This document shows, piece by piece, positions 22,854 to 35,400 of a DNA stretch of 64,000 nucleotides; positions within the stretch are counted from its first letter, which is position 1, and each line of letters begins with the position of its first letter. This stretch comes from Penicillus capitatus. Its lineage: Eukaryota; Plantae; Chlorophyta. Where the stretch lies: positions 725,101 to 789,100 of the forward strand of contig OZ287696.1 of assembly GCA_965649825.1 (NCBI GenBank). Reading direction: 5' to 3'. The position numbers and the translations under genes are program-made. The notes below the pieces were generated by a model. It saw only the letters and a program-made list of their open reading frames with translations, had not been told where the DNA came from and searched no databases.

Positions 22854-24090
22854 TCATGCAGACTCGTTTTCTTTTAATCGCCGATTCGATGTTTGCACGG
22901 CCGTTGTCCTTCTGCAAACGCCGCAGATTGCCTCATCTGCACAGAAAACGATGATCGTCTTATTTTGACGATCTCTGAAACCTACTTTCTTCGATGGCGG
23001 CCGGGGGATGTCTTCGTCGGCCTCGGTCTTGATCTTCTTCTTCCACTCGCTTTCTTCTCTCTCTTCACGTTCCAATATTAATCGTTCGCGCTTGAGCACT
23101 TCGTCTTCCCGTTTGCCAGCACGCATCTCTCGGCTATACGCAAAAAAACACACAGATCTCGCTGTAATAGTCGGCTTCTCTACTAAGGCTCACACGAACG
23201 TCTTCAAGAGTTTTTCTTACTCGTCTGTATGTCGTTTCTCACGCTCTGCGAGCGAAGCCTGCCATTGGTCGATCTCTTGAACTTCGATCTCGAGCATTCC
23301 ATTTCTCTTTTAATATACATTTGACATTGTATCGAAGAAAACAATGCCGCTAAGTGCGTAGATTAAAAGGGTATTGCTCGAATGAGAGTTGATGGACTTC
23401 TTCTTCATGAATACGTCTGTCTTCATCCAGTAATGTCTTCGCGAGTTCGAGATCCAATCGTTCCAGTTCAAGTTTCGATGCCTGTTCGTAGTTCTTCCTC
23501 GCGCCTGTCCAATTCTTCTTCGCACTTATCTAGTTCAGCTTCTCGCTTCTTTTAGATCATATTGATGTGTGCTGCTTGTAGCTTCAACTCCATAGCAGCC
23601 ATCGATCCCACCGCAAGGTAGTGCAGCCCAATGGCCGCGTCGCTAGCTCGAGGTTCGGCGTATTCCGGAGTTGGTGGAAGTAGAGAGGAGTTAAGATTCA
23701 TATCACACTGCATCCAGTCTCGCACTTTGGACACACAGAGCTACGCACAGACTCTCTTTGGTTGTTTCCCTTTCCTTCACTTCTAAGACAAGCACTGCTT
23801 TTTGATGGAAATCAAGTTTTGCTATGGCCATGTCGATCAGAGATGGTTATTATCTTCCCGTGCTTCAGGCACACGTGTTATAAGCAAGAAGAAAGCGTAC
23901 TTACGTTAGTGTTGCCAATACTGAAGATCATTTGTGCTCGCTTTTAGCACGTGAGTCTAAACGACGGCAAAAATTGTAGTTAATCTTTCCATTTTTCAGG
24001 CAAGACAGACTACAAGATTCTGCACTGATCCGCTTCGTTTTTTATTCTGTCAGAGGTAGTACCGGGGTGTCGAAGATGCGGAAACTCATG
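22854..24090 (-). pseudogene. Degenerate coiled-coil protein gene
   Basis: Heptad-like segments (KKREAELDKCEEELDRREEEL; KLELERLDLELAKTLLDEDRR; MLEIEVQEIDQWQASLAEREK) lie in different frames, separated by in-frame stops near 23552 and 23470. Confidence 0.45.
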
Positions 24091-24336
24091 CCACGATTCT
24101 GTACCTCGACGAAGCATCACGCTCGTCATTCCGATCCTCGTATCGTTTGTCTCACAGTGCAGTGCGCGCCGTGTGTTTTTGTCTATCCCGCGTTTGTGCT
24201 TTCTATGTGAAGTGTGTTATCACTAGATTCTTTTACAGAAGGAAAACGAAAGACAAGAGATAATTGTGTATCACCGGCCGGGAGAATGCAATGAAATGGA
24301 GTCCGTCCTAAAGTCAAGCTATGTCACACTCATGTT

Positions 24337-25835
24337 TCAGCGACGTCCGTTCGTCTTGTGCAAACGATGTGACCGCAACACCCGCTGTGAAGCCGTAAAT
24401 CTGTCTTCCCTAGCTTTTCTCGCCCTCTTCTGCCGTCTCTTGTGATGCTGCCCTCTAGTCCTTATTGCCGTCTTGCGCCGAACGGGAGTTGACGAGATCT
24501 TCCCGTTCTCTGGTGTTTCTGCATCGTGTCCTGTCTTCGGCGAGGCGGCCCTCGCTTGCGATAGCATCAACATCCCTGACAATGACTGACGCTCGCTCTG
24601 ATGGTCGGGATTCAACGAACACGAAATCTGCTGGACACATTTTGAATCAGACAGGACCGGAGGCCGTGTTTAGTGGACAAGACCTCCTGCTCAACTTCTG
24701 CCAGTAGTAGCTCATTGCGTTTCTTTTTGAGTTTCTCTCGCCTTCGAACCTGATCTGCCAACGTTCTGGCCACCTGAATCCCTCAAAAGATATACTTCCT
24801 GTGTGAACCGTATTGTTAAGCTGACCTCTAGATCTTGTCGAATGATATGGAGTCGATGGAGTTGTTCGTCCAACGGGATTTTGACAGACGGGACGTGCAA
24901 CGGAGCCAATGATCCTTCGAATGGACGTTCTGAATTATCATCTCCTCGTTTCTGACATGCATTTGCCGTTCGACTTTGAAAGGAACGATCCAAAATCACC
25001 TGAACAAACGAACACATGACTCTCGGAGGATGATCGCATGCAGAAGACATTGAAATGGGCATACACTCCATGGAAAAACGTTCCACATTTCTGACAACAG
25101 CGGCTTCTTTAATTCCCTTCTCTTGCAGATCCAGTAGTCATAAACGCGTTCAACCTCGCCTCTCCCGCAGTCGGCAAGCGATGTGACAGCTTCTTCCAGT
25201 GGTAACACCTCTTCCTCATGTGGCACGCTTAGACAAAGACGCCCTGCAGATCCAGCCTCTGTGTCCACGGCGTCAGCCCGATGGCCGTACCGTTGAGATG
25301 CTCGGCTGAGACCTTCTCTCTGAGCTGCTGGAAATGAAGTTTCTCCAGTGACGTCATGATGCGTTCAAATGCAAAGAGCGATACCTGACATTGCGCATCT
25401 CACACTAGCAGAGTGAGATGCCGATTCAATACTCACGCGCCATTTCTTCAGTTGATCGCTGTCATCGTCATCCGCCAAGTACTCGGCGTTCTCTATGGAC
25501 GGAGGACGAAATCGATGAAACGGAGCCTCCGTCAGCGGAAGGGAAATGCTCTCGCTTTCGTTCTTCGACGCCACTGTCCACTTCGGTATGTCTATCTTCG
25601 TTCGCTGCTCCGTCTGCTCGAGCCACGGTTCGGTCTGTATGACATCTCCTTCGCTGTCGAGGACTTGCACCTGGTCGCGCCGTTTGCCCTCTTCGGACTG
25701 CAGCCAACGGTAAAGCTCTGGATGTCGTTTCTGCACTTGAGGAGTGAAACAATAAACAGGAACAGGTTCCGTGATATACAGCGGCCTCGCGCGGAATTGT
25801 CGGACTTCTTTTTTCTCGGCCCTCGATTCCTTCAT
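24337..25835 (-). CDS. EPL1: Enhancer of polycomb-like protein (NuA4 subunit)
   Basis: N-terminal FRARPL, then FERIMTSLEK, VYDYWICKRRELKKPLL and IRQDLE|VARTLADQVRRREKLK. Confidence 0.85.
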
Positions 25836-25856
25836 CGAAAAAAATTCTGGCAGTTA

Positions 25857-28800
25857 ATGAGAGTGAACATGCATCGACGCGAGGGACGCGAGCGTGAAGT
25901 GACGGCAATATTCGAAGCGCTGGGACGCGAAAGCGAAGCACAGGAACTGACGACATACGTCGATCAGCAGGCGCTGAGACTCGAACGACCCGTTTTCCTC
26001 GAACTCCTGCGCGACATCTACGGTCGAATACGCGAATATCTCACAAAGTGAGGAACGCTCTCTGCTGTCTCTCCTTCGAAAGGGCGTTCTTCCTTCAGTG
26101 GGTCTCTGCTTGTCGTCGTCCGTGCGGTTGCCCAATTGGTCCATGTCGAAGTGAGCGCCTTGCTGCGGGATGTGTGACATTGACATCTGACGTTGGCTTC
26201 AGTTTCTGAGAGAGGAATCATCCAAAGCGAAGGATCTCGTCGGATTTCTGACAGCGGTGTTCGACAGTGTGGCCCTGTCCGATGCGGCGACAAAAGATCG
26301 AGTACTGCACAGTGCAGTGGACAGCTTTGGTCGACTGGTAAAACTGGGAGGAGCGATGACAGCTTCCGAAACGAGCAGACACATCGAAGACATGTTGCAG
26401 CTGCTGAACGGCTCTGACGCCTTCTCATCGGCCGTGGCCCTCCGGCTCTTGGCTGAAATTGCCAAGAACGCCCCGGCACGGTTCAACCTCTACGCAGACA
26501 AGTTTGTGGCCAACTTCTACCACTTTCTCTTCCACGAAGATGCCTCTTTACAACAAGATGCCATCAGCGCTCTAAAGGTGAACGCCATAATGTACAGTAT
26601 CTTGTCTGGATGTGCGGATCGTGGCAGGAATGTCTGGGTGTGGTTGCGCAGAGAGCTTCCGGGAAGAGACAGGGATGGTTCCATGATCTGGCTCAGAATC
26701 TGATGACGGTGGTGATGGAGAACACAAAGCCGAAGATGCTAAGGGCTCTCGTCGCACTGCGTTGTGTCATTCAGCACTCGTCAGGAAACCTCTTGGCGAT
26801 CTTCCCTGCGCTAAGCGACATGGTGACGTCGCTTATGTCTTATCCGGATCCATCTATTCAGGCAGAAGTCATCCTGACGATTCCTGTCCTGGCACAGATC
26901 TGCCCTCAGAATTTTGCCCAGTCTATCTGGACGGCGTCGATGGATTACTACCTATCCTATCTCCACAACAAAACGTGCGAATGCTTGTGATTCTGGGAAA
27001 GATCAAAAGCTGTCTGCTGCAGACACGAGGTTCTGGTTTTGGATTCCATTGCGAAGCTCATGCAGATATTGGTCGGTATGGAGTGGATGGATGCCACGGA
27101 ACAGATCCAACAGATATCGATATCCCTTAAAGAGATCTTGACCGATGCATCCTCGCAAACGCCAACTCGTCAAGCTGCAGTGAAAGTGAACGTGTCTGAA
27201 GATCTGCGGCAGTGTGCAGAGACTGTTGTGTAGTGCGTTGGTGATTTGACAGCGGCAATGCAAGGTCCTTGGAAAGAAGAAGTGCTGCAGCTACTCCCTG
27301 TGCTGTTGACGACGACAGTGGATTCCATGCTGATTGATTGCATGCACCAAATCTCTTGTGCATTTCCCCAGACGCAGCCTACCATCCAGGCAGCTTTTCT
27401 TCAGGCTATCACACAGTTTGGATTCGCACAACGAGGCGTGTCTTCAATTATCATCACCCTGCTTTGAATTGTCTGTGGATGCAGAGCATTTGTTGACAGT
27501 CTATCAAATCCTGAGCACCTTTCACTTTGACTTAGCGACGAACTTTCTGGAAGACCTTTCGGCTTCATTGAATCTCATTCTTTCTGGTGATGCTGATGAG
27601 GAACTGCGTTTGACGGCGGCCAAAGCATGCCTCAACATCTTATCCCGCACCATGGACGACTCGACAGGTTCTTGCATGCACTCATCAAGCCGTCTGTACC
27701 GAGATGTGCCCAGGAGACGAAATCTGTCAATGGATGGATCAATTGTGCGACCATTTGACCATTCTGGCTGTTATGGATGTGTCAGACGATCTGCGTTTTC
27801 AGTTGCTAACCGAGATGTGTCGCCAAGAGGAACTGCATCTGAGGTTGGCACAAGATACGACCATCCGTCGGTTGTCCAGCGGACTGTATGACACATCGCT
27901 CCCCATTCGACAAGCATGTGTTCAGCTCATGGGTCGACTCTCGGTTCATAACTTTACGGCCGTCATGCCACTGATGCGAGAACTGCTTCTGAAAGTGATG
28001 GAGGATTTCAAGTTTGAAGGGGACACGGCAATCACCTCCGCCCTCCTATCAGACGCAGCTCTGTTGCTGAGAACACTCTTGGTGGAACATGCCGACGTGA
28101 CAGCACCTATCTGTCAGGAAATCATGGAATCTCTGCTGCATCGCCTGGAAGTGTACACCACTCAGAAAACAGCACAACGCAGTGTGAAGGATCCTACTGC
28201 CAAGTCGATCTGCAGCCTCCTGGTCTGTCTGAAGGAACACGTCCGTCGAAGTTCCCAATCACTCGTGAAGTTGAATGTCCCTCGAATGGCAGTCATTCTG
28301 ACGGCGCTCATCAAAGAAAGCAATGACGAAGGGGAACAGCTGATGGCCATACAGTTGATCAGCCAGATCTGTGACGTGACTGGAGACAGTCTGCTACAGC
28401 ACTTGAGGATCACAGAGCTCATGGCTTGTGTAACAGAGCTTCGAAAAGAGCCAAAGAATGCAGATATCATCGATCAAGTCATTCAGAGCCTCACCGAAAG
28501 AGACTCCGTCTTTCAGTCGCTCATCTCTCAGGCAGATGTGACATCAGAAACGGAAGATCTGCTGTTCCTAAATGAAATGCCGTTCTTTCCAACGGATGAA
28601 TCGACTGTTGGCGATGAGGCATTCTATAGCTCTGCTGCGATTCATGTATCTCTGGCCGTTTTGGAGGATGCTCGGAACACAGACTATGAGAGCATTGTCA
28701 AGGGTCTGATGTGTATCTTTGGCCGCCTGCAGAGATCTGGTGTTTTCTATCTACAACGTGTGATACCTGTACTGGCCAAGATCATTCGCGAGGCAGATGA

Positions 28801-30102
28801 TAAATTGAGGCTTGTCCTTTTCCAACACCTCAGTGACTTGGTCAGAATTGCTGGACCCGATGTACGTCCATACTGCTCAGCCCTGATGGATCTCTGTTCG
28901 CATTTCTGGTCTGGATCTTCAGCCCAGACAGTGCACATCCTCAATCTCATGGCAGAACTGGCGCGTGCTGTTCAGAGCTCCTTCGCCAATTTCTTAAAGG
29001 ATCTCATTCCGCGTTTGAGTGATGTTCTTTCCAACCCGAAAGACTTTCAGTTAGTGGAACCGACATTGGGACTGTTACAAGCTTGTGATGCCGAACTAGG
29101 AAGCTTTTTCCCCGTCTTGTTCCCCATTGTGCTGCAGTTTCTTCAGAGAGTTCCCATCTACGAAGAACCCATTCCGCTAAACATACAACGAGAAGTGCTT
29201 CGAACACTCCGGTGTATACTGGCTGCTGTGAACTTCCGAGAAGAGCAGAAGTATCTGATGGCATCTAAACTGAACATGACCTTAATCGAACTCCTCCGCC
29301 AAGAAGAATCCCTCAGATCCGACATCGAAGACACACTTACTGTCATTCTCTCTGTCTTGGGGCCAAAGATATCGCGCATCTTTGCTTGGCAGATCAATCG
29401 AGTAAAGCCACTAGAGCGTCCAAAGAATCTAACACATCACTCGTGATTTGCAGGCACTGGAGGATTCAGAAGAGCAAGGTCTATTGCATAGAGGTCTTGA
29501 GAGATTGCTGGATCCTGCATTTGAAGAAGCGCATGTTTACACACCGGATGAGATTGCGCATCTGTTTTCAATCCCATTCAATCCCATACAGCGACAGGCA
29601 TCGCAGTCAGGTGGCCCACAGATCCTGTCGCCGTATCTAAAGCGATTTGGCTGTAGATCTGTTTCAGCTGGACATCGTTGAATTGGCTCGAGCATGGGAC
29701 ACGACAGACAGAGGCACGAGAGAAGACTGGGAGGAATGGATTCGTTCTCTCAGCATTGAACTGCTGCGTCAGTCGTCATCTCCTGCTCTCCGTGCCTGTC
29801 ACTGTCTAGCCCAGATCAACCCTTCCGTGGCAAAGTGGCTATTCAAATACAGCTTGCTCTCTGTGTGGTCTAAGCTTGATGATCCCTACCGTGCTCAGCT
29901 GCTGGAGGCATTCGAAACAGTGCTGATGCTGCCGGCTATGCCGCTGGAAGTGGTGCTCCCCATCGTAAGTCTGGGCGAGTACCTTAACTTTATTGAACAG
30001 CAAGAGGTATCCGTGGCGTCTGATTTGACAGCACTCGACACGCTGGCTCAGAAATGTGGTCCGCACTCGACCGTGCTTCACTACCGCATGCGTTCCATGT
30101 AG
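25857..30102 (+). CDS. TOR-like HEAT-repeat protein (N-HEAT and M-HEAT only; ends at start of FAT; no FRB or kinase)
   Basis: TOR-type motifs GGAMTASE, LAEIAKNAP, IRQACVQLMGRLSVHN, TREDWEEWIRSLSIELLRQSSSPALRAC and LAQKC...LHY. Stop TAG at 30100-30102. About 1,200 aa after removing the short introns. Confidence 0.88.
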
Positions 30103-30105
30103 AAT

Positions 30106-32109
30106 TTACACAGCCTTGTCCTTTCCTTCGACCTTTGGCTGATCAACAACAGGTCTGTTTTCTTTTGATGATGAACAGCTTGGCCACTGTTCTGCGTATC
30201 TCTTGGATTTCTTCCGTGGTTGTTTCCGTCGGCATGGCTTGGCTTGTTCCTTCATCTTCTGGTTCTCTTCTTTGAATCCGCTCTCAGATCCCTCGCAAGG
30301 CAGCACATCCTCATCGCAGTAGTCATCAGGATATTCGTATCTTAACGGTGGCTTGGGAATATATCTAAACTCAGTATCTTCTCACCATGTCTTTGGTAAA
30401 GACGGCTTACCTTCCCAGTTTTGGAGAGTATGACTCGAAATGCAGCAGGATGTGACGGTTAGAGATTTTGAATGGGCCCTCAAGGGATTGAAGCTGCTCT
30501 TGCGCCACATACTGCAGCATTCTTGGGCCGCCAAACGAACGAATGGCATCATTTTCATCTAAATGAACGCAACACAGTACTTCAACTCGAACGGTAACTG
30601 GAGATGTCACCTGGGATGATACTGTAGAATGGTTGAACAAAGTTTGTATCCATGTCCGTCACGTATTGCGGATGCCGGCAGACACGATCCCATCCATAGA
30701 TCACTCCTCTGTATCCATGAAGCCTGTGTCGAACCACCTGGGCAAAACACAAAGCCCTGCACTACAGGGATGCTTTGCCCAAGGCTGCCGTACTTGGCCA
30801 ATCGCAAAATCAATGCCTCTCGTGTTCATATGCTCCTGTCTGTTCTTCTCTGTCTCTGCTAATTGCTTGGCATAGGTCGTGTTCAGAAGCCTCAAGGCTA
30901 ACAGGGCACGTGATAGAGCCTCTTCCCCTTCATCCCTCTACCAGAAGAGATACATATGCGTTGAGATTAACATTCGGTGAGAGGACTTGGAGATTCCGAT
31001 TCGTGTGGAAACTCCATCGGACAACGTTTCGAAAGGTGACCGCATCTTGAACCGCGACCTTAGCCTCGGCCATCTCTGGACTCACGAGCTTCAGGTGTTC
31101 CTTCTTGACGCCGAAAGGAATCCGTTCATTAACGCGACTCCACCGAAGCAAACTTCGGTAACACGTGCGAACCAAGGCACGATGTGTCATCGCCAACAGC
31201 GCAGAGTGACGCCTGTCACGTCGCAATGATGTCGCTTGCGGTCATTACAGACAGACACTATGTTCGACGCCTCCTTCCTTTACTCCGTCTATCCGCCGTC
31301 CGATTCTCAATGGATTTACTGGGACGCACTCTGCCACCTCTTTGATGGACACTACGGTTGTTGATTTGGTTCCGGTAAGTACGTGCATCGTCACAGGGTG
31401 GATAGGCATCGATGTCGTGATCATCATCCGACGAGACGCAGTCCACATCGTCTGCTCCATAACGCCGACTGACGGGCATTGCATCAGCGGATCTATATCA
31501 ACACCATAAGTGTGTGAAATCTGAATACTGGGCAAGGAACTGTCGCTGCGTGGAATGGAAATGTGTGACCACATGATCTAGACTGCACAGTTCGCGGAGG
31601 AGATGGGATGGCTCGATATCGCCTCTCTGCTCCAAATGCGTTCTACACCACACAACACCTGCCTGAGTGGATATCACACGCAATGCGTCGAATCTGACTC
31701 GTGACTGGTCAAGATATCGATGATTTCTTGCAGTTGGTTGAAGGTGGGTCCACGTGATGTCTGATTTTGGATATGTCGGGTTCTTTGTAGGAGTCTTCGG
31801 AGATCGCCTAGGAAGAAGGAATGGTCCAGTCCAGCAAATCCTTCGTCCGGTAAGTCATTGGTAGCCTTTCCGCGTTCGAGTGGCATCTCTCGTCCGTCGC
31901 CGAGCACAACGCAGCCGAAAGGGACAGCGCACAGAGGACATCGAGGGTTCTGACGCACTCTGGCCCACTGGACGATGCAGCCAATGCTGGAAGGGAACAG
32001 AATTTGACAGGAGTGCATTGGACGAAGTGCTGGACCAGAATTGGTGGTCGCATTCGGGGATGGATGCCACGTTGCTCGCTATATCTTCCAAACAAATTGC
32101 ACACCGCAT
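30106..32109 (-). CDS. RING-HC finger protein (multi-exon; C-terminal part unassigned)
   Basis: CAICLEDI...CDHQF|C..CIVQW...CPLC (C3HC4). Downstream exons only partly resolved; possible 1-nt indel near 30262. Confidence 0.7.
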
Positions 32110-32441
32110 GTTTCTCTTCGAGCAAGAATTCGGGTTATCTATCCGCGAGTACGTTTTTATCAGCTGTCACGTCAGTTGCGACAAGTACTGCGCCTAGTGA
32201 CTGCAGATACAACGAGCGACATGCGCGATAAACTCAAAGCAAAGTGCGCATGCCCACGATTTAAAGCATCCTTAGTATTCGTTCGTTATTCAGGGACAAA
32301 TGGATCGGTGTTGACACTCCAGTTCGCCAATAGAACTTGCAGATCGGGAGATCAACAGGTATAGCGTGCAAGAGATAATGCCTGTCTAAAAACAACAAAG
32401 GGGTTGTATTTGAGACAAGGTTCCTAAGAACCACACAAGTG

Positions 32442-35400
32442 CTAGTGCAAATTGAAAGGACGTGGCAATTCTGGGTAGTCTTTTGCAAATAGATCCATGA
32501 TTTTAGAATGGAGTGGATAGAATGCATTTCGTGGGTATGAGCCTACGGTCTCGTATCTATCGAGGTGCGCCGTGAGCCTCAGAGTTCCGTCGCGTGCCTC
32601 CGGGCCAACAGTTACCGGCACTTCGATCAGAAGATTCAACAGGCTCTGCGCGGTGGTGTCGTTTTCGCCTCTTTCTTGAATGGCATTGTCAAAAACTCGG
32701 CGGACATCTTCGAGACCGGGCCCTTGAAATCCGTCGCCATTTTCTTCTACGTCCAAGAGCTTCCCATGACAGCCTGATTGGTGTTTGTCCTTGTTTTCGT
32801 GTTTCTTTGACGTTTCTGCTTCCGATTCTTCTGCTTCTTCCACGTCTGGCTCTGCTCTTTTGTCGAGAAGATCTTTCAAAACTTTAAGGACATCGGGGTC
32901 TTCCTCAATAAGACGTTTGAGGGCCTTCATCGCCGCCGCCGCCTGAAGACCAACGTTTTCGTCAATATGGTGGGATTCCGACTCTAGCTTCGATACTATG
33001 TCTTTTGCATTTTGGAACTCCTCTCGTGTGCGAGCGAAAAGTTTTTTCATCACCGATGTACGCTCTTCATCTTCATTCTCTTCGCATTCGAGCCATCGCT
33101 CGTAGGCATCGCTGACGTGGTGTTTGGATTTGTCGCTCTGAAGACAGGCGCAATCAAGAAGCGCATTCGTCACCAAACGCACAGCTTCAGGCTTTTCCTT
33201 GCACCAGTTCTCAAGCCATTCTACTGTATTCTTGACATCAGAATCCCAGCACCAGTTAGAGAAAAGTAAAAGCGCAGTGCCTAAGATTGAACGATCCTTA
33301 TTGTGTTCCAGGCGATGGTCTTCATTCTCTCCCAGACACCTCCAAAGCCTCAACCTGATTTCTTCTGTGCAATCCTTAAACCGAGATTTGACGTGTTTAT
33401 CTTTGCAACAATGAATGACCAATGCATTCCATATAAATGCCTTCACGACCACCAAGTCAACGCAACAATCAGCTTGTCCAACGCATTTCTGTTCAAGCAG
33501 ATTATAAAGGTCATTACAGCGGTCGCCTGGAAAGATTCTGATGAGACATTTTGCCATCTTCACACCTCGGACGATTTCCTTTCCACGCTTGTAGCGTAGT
33601 TTTTGTTTCAATTGCTCGTATACTTTTTCCCAGTGCTTGGGCGAGTACTTCAGCAATCTTACAACGTGCCCGAATCTATACTCGTCCACCAGTTTTTCGA
33701 GTCTCGATGTCTCGATGACTGAATCCAGCACTTCCGAAAATGTATTGAAGATGTTTGGGAGTTTTCGAAACGCTCTGGTTGCAATGTCCCACAGTGCAGT
33801 CGTAGGATCCGTTTTGGCAAGTATACAACTCACGGTGTCTACGAGACGAACGATCGATTCATTTTTCAGAAGTTCGTTGGTCACCGAGTCCACGGCGCCG
33901 GCTAACCATGCATTGAGGATGCGAAGCTTCAGAAGAAAATGCTGTATGCCAATCATCTCCGGGGTCTCTTTGTCCACTAACGAAATCACGTGGAGAAACG
34001 TTTGCACTTTGTTCTGTTCCGCAAGTGATTGTATCGCAAAAGAAACAGACACTCTGTATTTTCCGAGGTATCTTCCAGACTCGATCGTGGACACCACTGA
34101 GTTCCGGATCTTTTTCTCTGGACTCTGCAGGCAGTGAGCAAGGTGTCTTCCCACAAAGTACTCTTGGAATGTGTTGTGGGGAAAACGGTACTGATTTTCT
34201 CTCGTCGAAAAAAACAGTAAACCATTATGTTTCAAGATTTCCCAGACATCGCTATCCGTCGTCTGTCTTGTGACGATAAGTTGACTAATGTAGTGTTGAT
34301 CATTGCGCCATGCTTCGAATGAGATCTTTTCCAGCCAAGAGAAGATCTCTCCGCGGTCCACTTTTTCCATGTTCGGTCTTGACGAGAATCTCGCCCAGAC
34401 GTAGTTCACCATCTTCGTGATCAGAGAATACATGGATCTCTTCTGATTCTCATCATCGGGCCCCAATTCGCCTTCTCTCCACAGTGTGCATACGATATAG
34501 AGCATCATGGGGATGCGCATAATCTCTGCTATCACGGGACAACTGCCAACGGAGTCAATGAGTTTCTCTCCTTGCTCGCCATTGAGTATTTTTTGCACGT
34601 AATTCGTCTGTTGCTCCTTGTCGAAGCCCATACACTCCAACTCGCGATCGGCATATCGCCGCTCGTCGTAGAGATTATGCGGGCGACTGATGGTGAGAAG
34701 GGAGCATTCTTTACGTTTTATGTCGGAGACTATTTCTCTTGCTTCTTTGTTCCCCTCATCCAACCCGTCCAAGATGAGCAGCGTTTTTGGATTGTCGAGA
34801 TCGTCGTTGACTTGCGTCAAGAGTGTCGACGGCATTGAATTATGGCGATCGGAATACCACATATTCACAATGGTCGACGCAACTATGTCCCATTCTCTGA
34901 CATCTTCACTCGGGCGATTGAGCTTTCTCACTGGCAGCACGTACACCATTTCGAATCGATTGCCCAGTTTTCCCGTTGCCCATTTGTGTGCCACTGATTT
35001 GGCGATGCACGTCTTCCCTGTGCCAGGGTCTCCGTACAACAGCACTCTACGGATGTCTGCCGCCTGCCCCGTCTGATCTTCGAAAGGATTGAACAGATCT
35101 TCGAGAGAAATGCGTTTCAGGACTTTCTGGCTTTGGCTGCCTTGTTCCTGTGCTACACCAGCCGAACGCCTTCTCAGTTGTCTACCTCCGCTTTCGTCAT
35201 TACTGCCCAGTTCAGGTTCGTGGACACAAATGGCATGTTGCATTTTATCGACATGAAAAGGTTCACCTTGACCAATCGGCGGCGGCACCTTCACAAAACT
35301 GTTTGGCAAAAGGAGAAGAGAAGCAAACGACGCACCGTCACATTTTCGCTGTTGCAGTATCTTTCCTTCAGGTATTCAATGTTCGAGGCAATCTCGTCGA

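Noticed and set aside
23540-23560. In-frame TAA inside coiled-coil coding signal, raising a TAA/TAG=Gln nuclear code as in some ulvophytes
   Set aside because: TAA and TAG terminate conserved genes at their expected ends (MTR4 TAG, nicalin TAA), and long conserved exons contain no in-frame TAR. The standard code fits.
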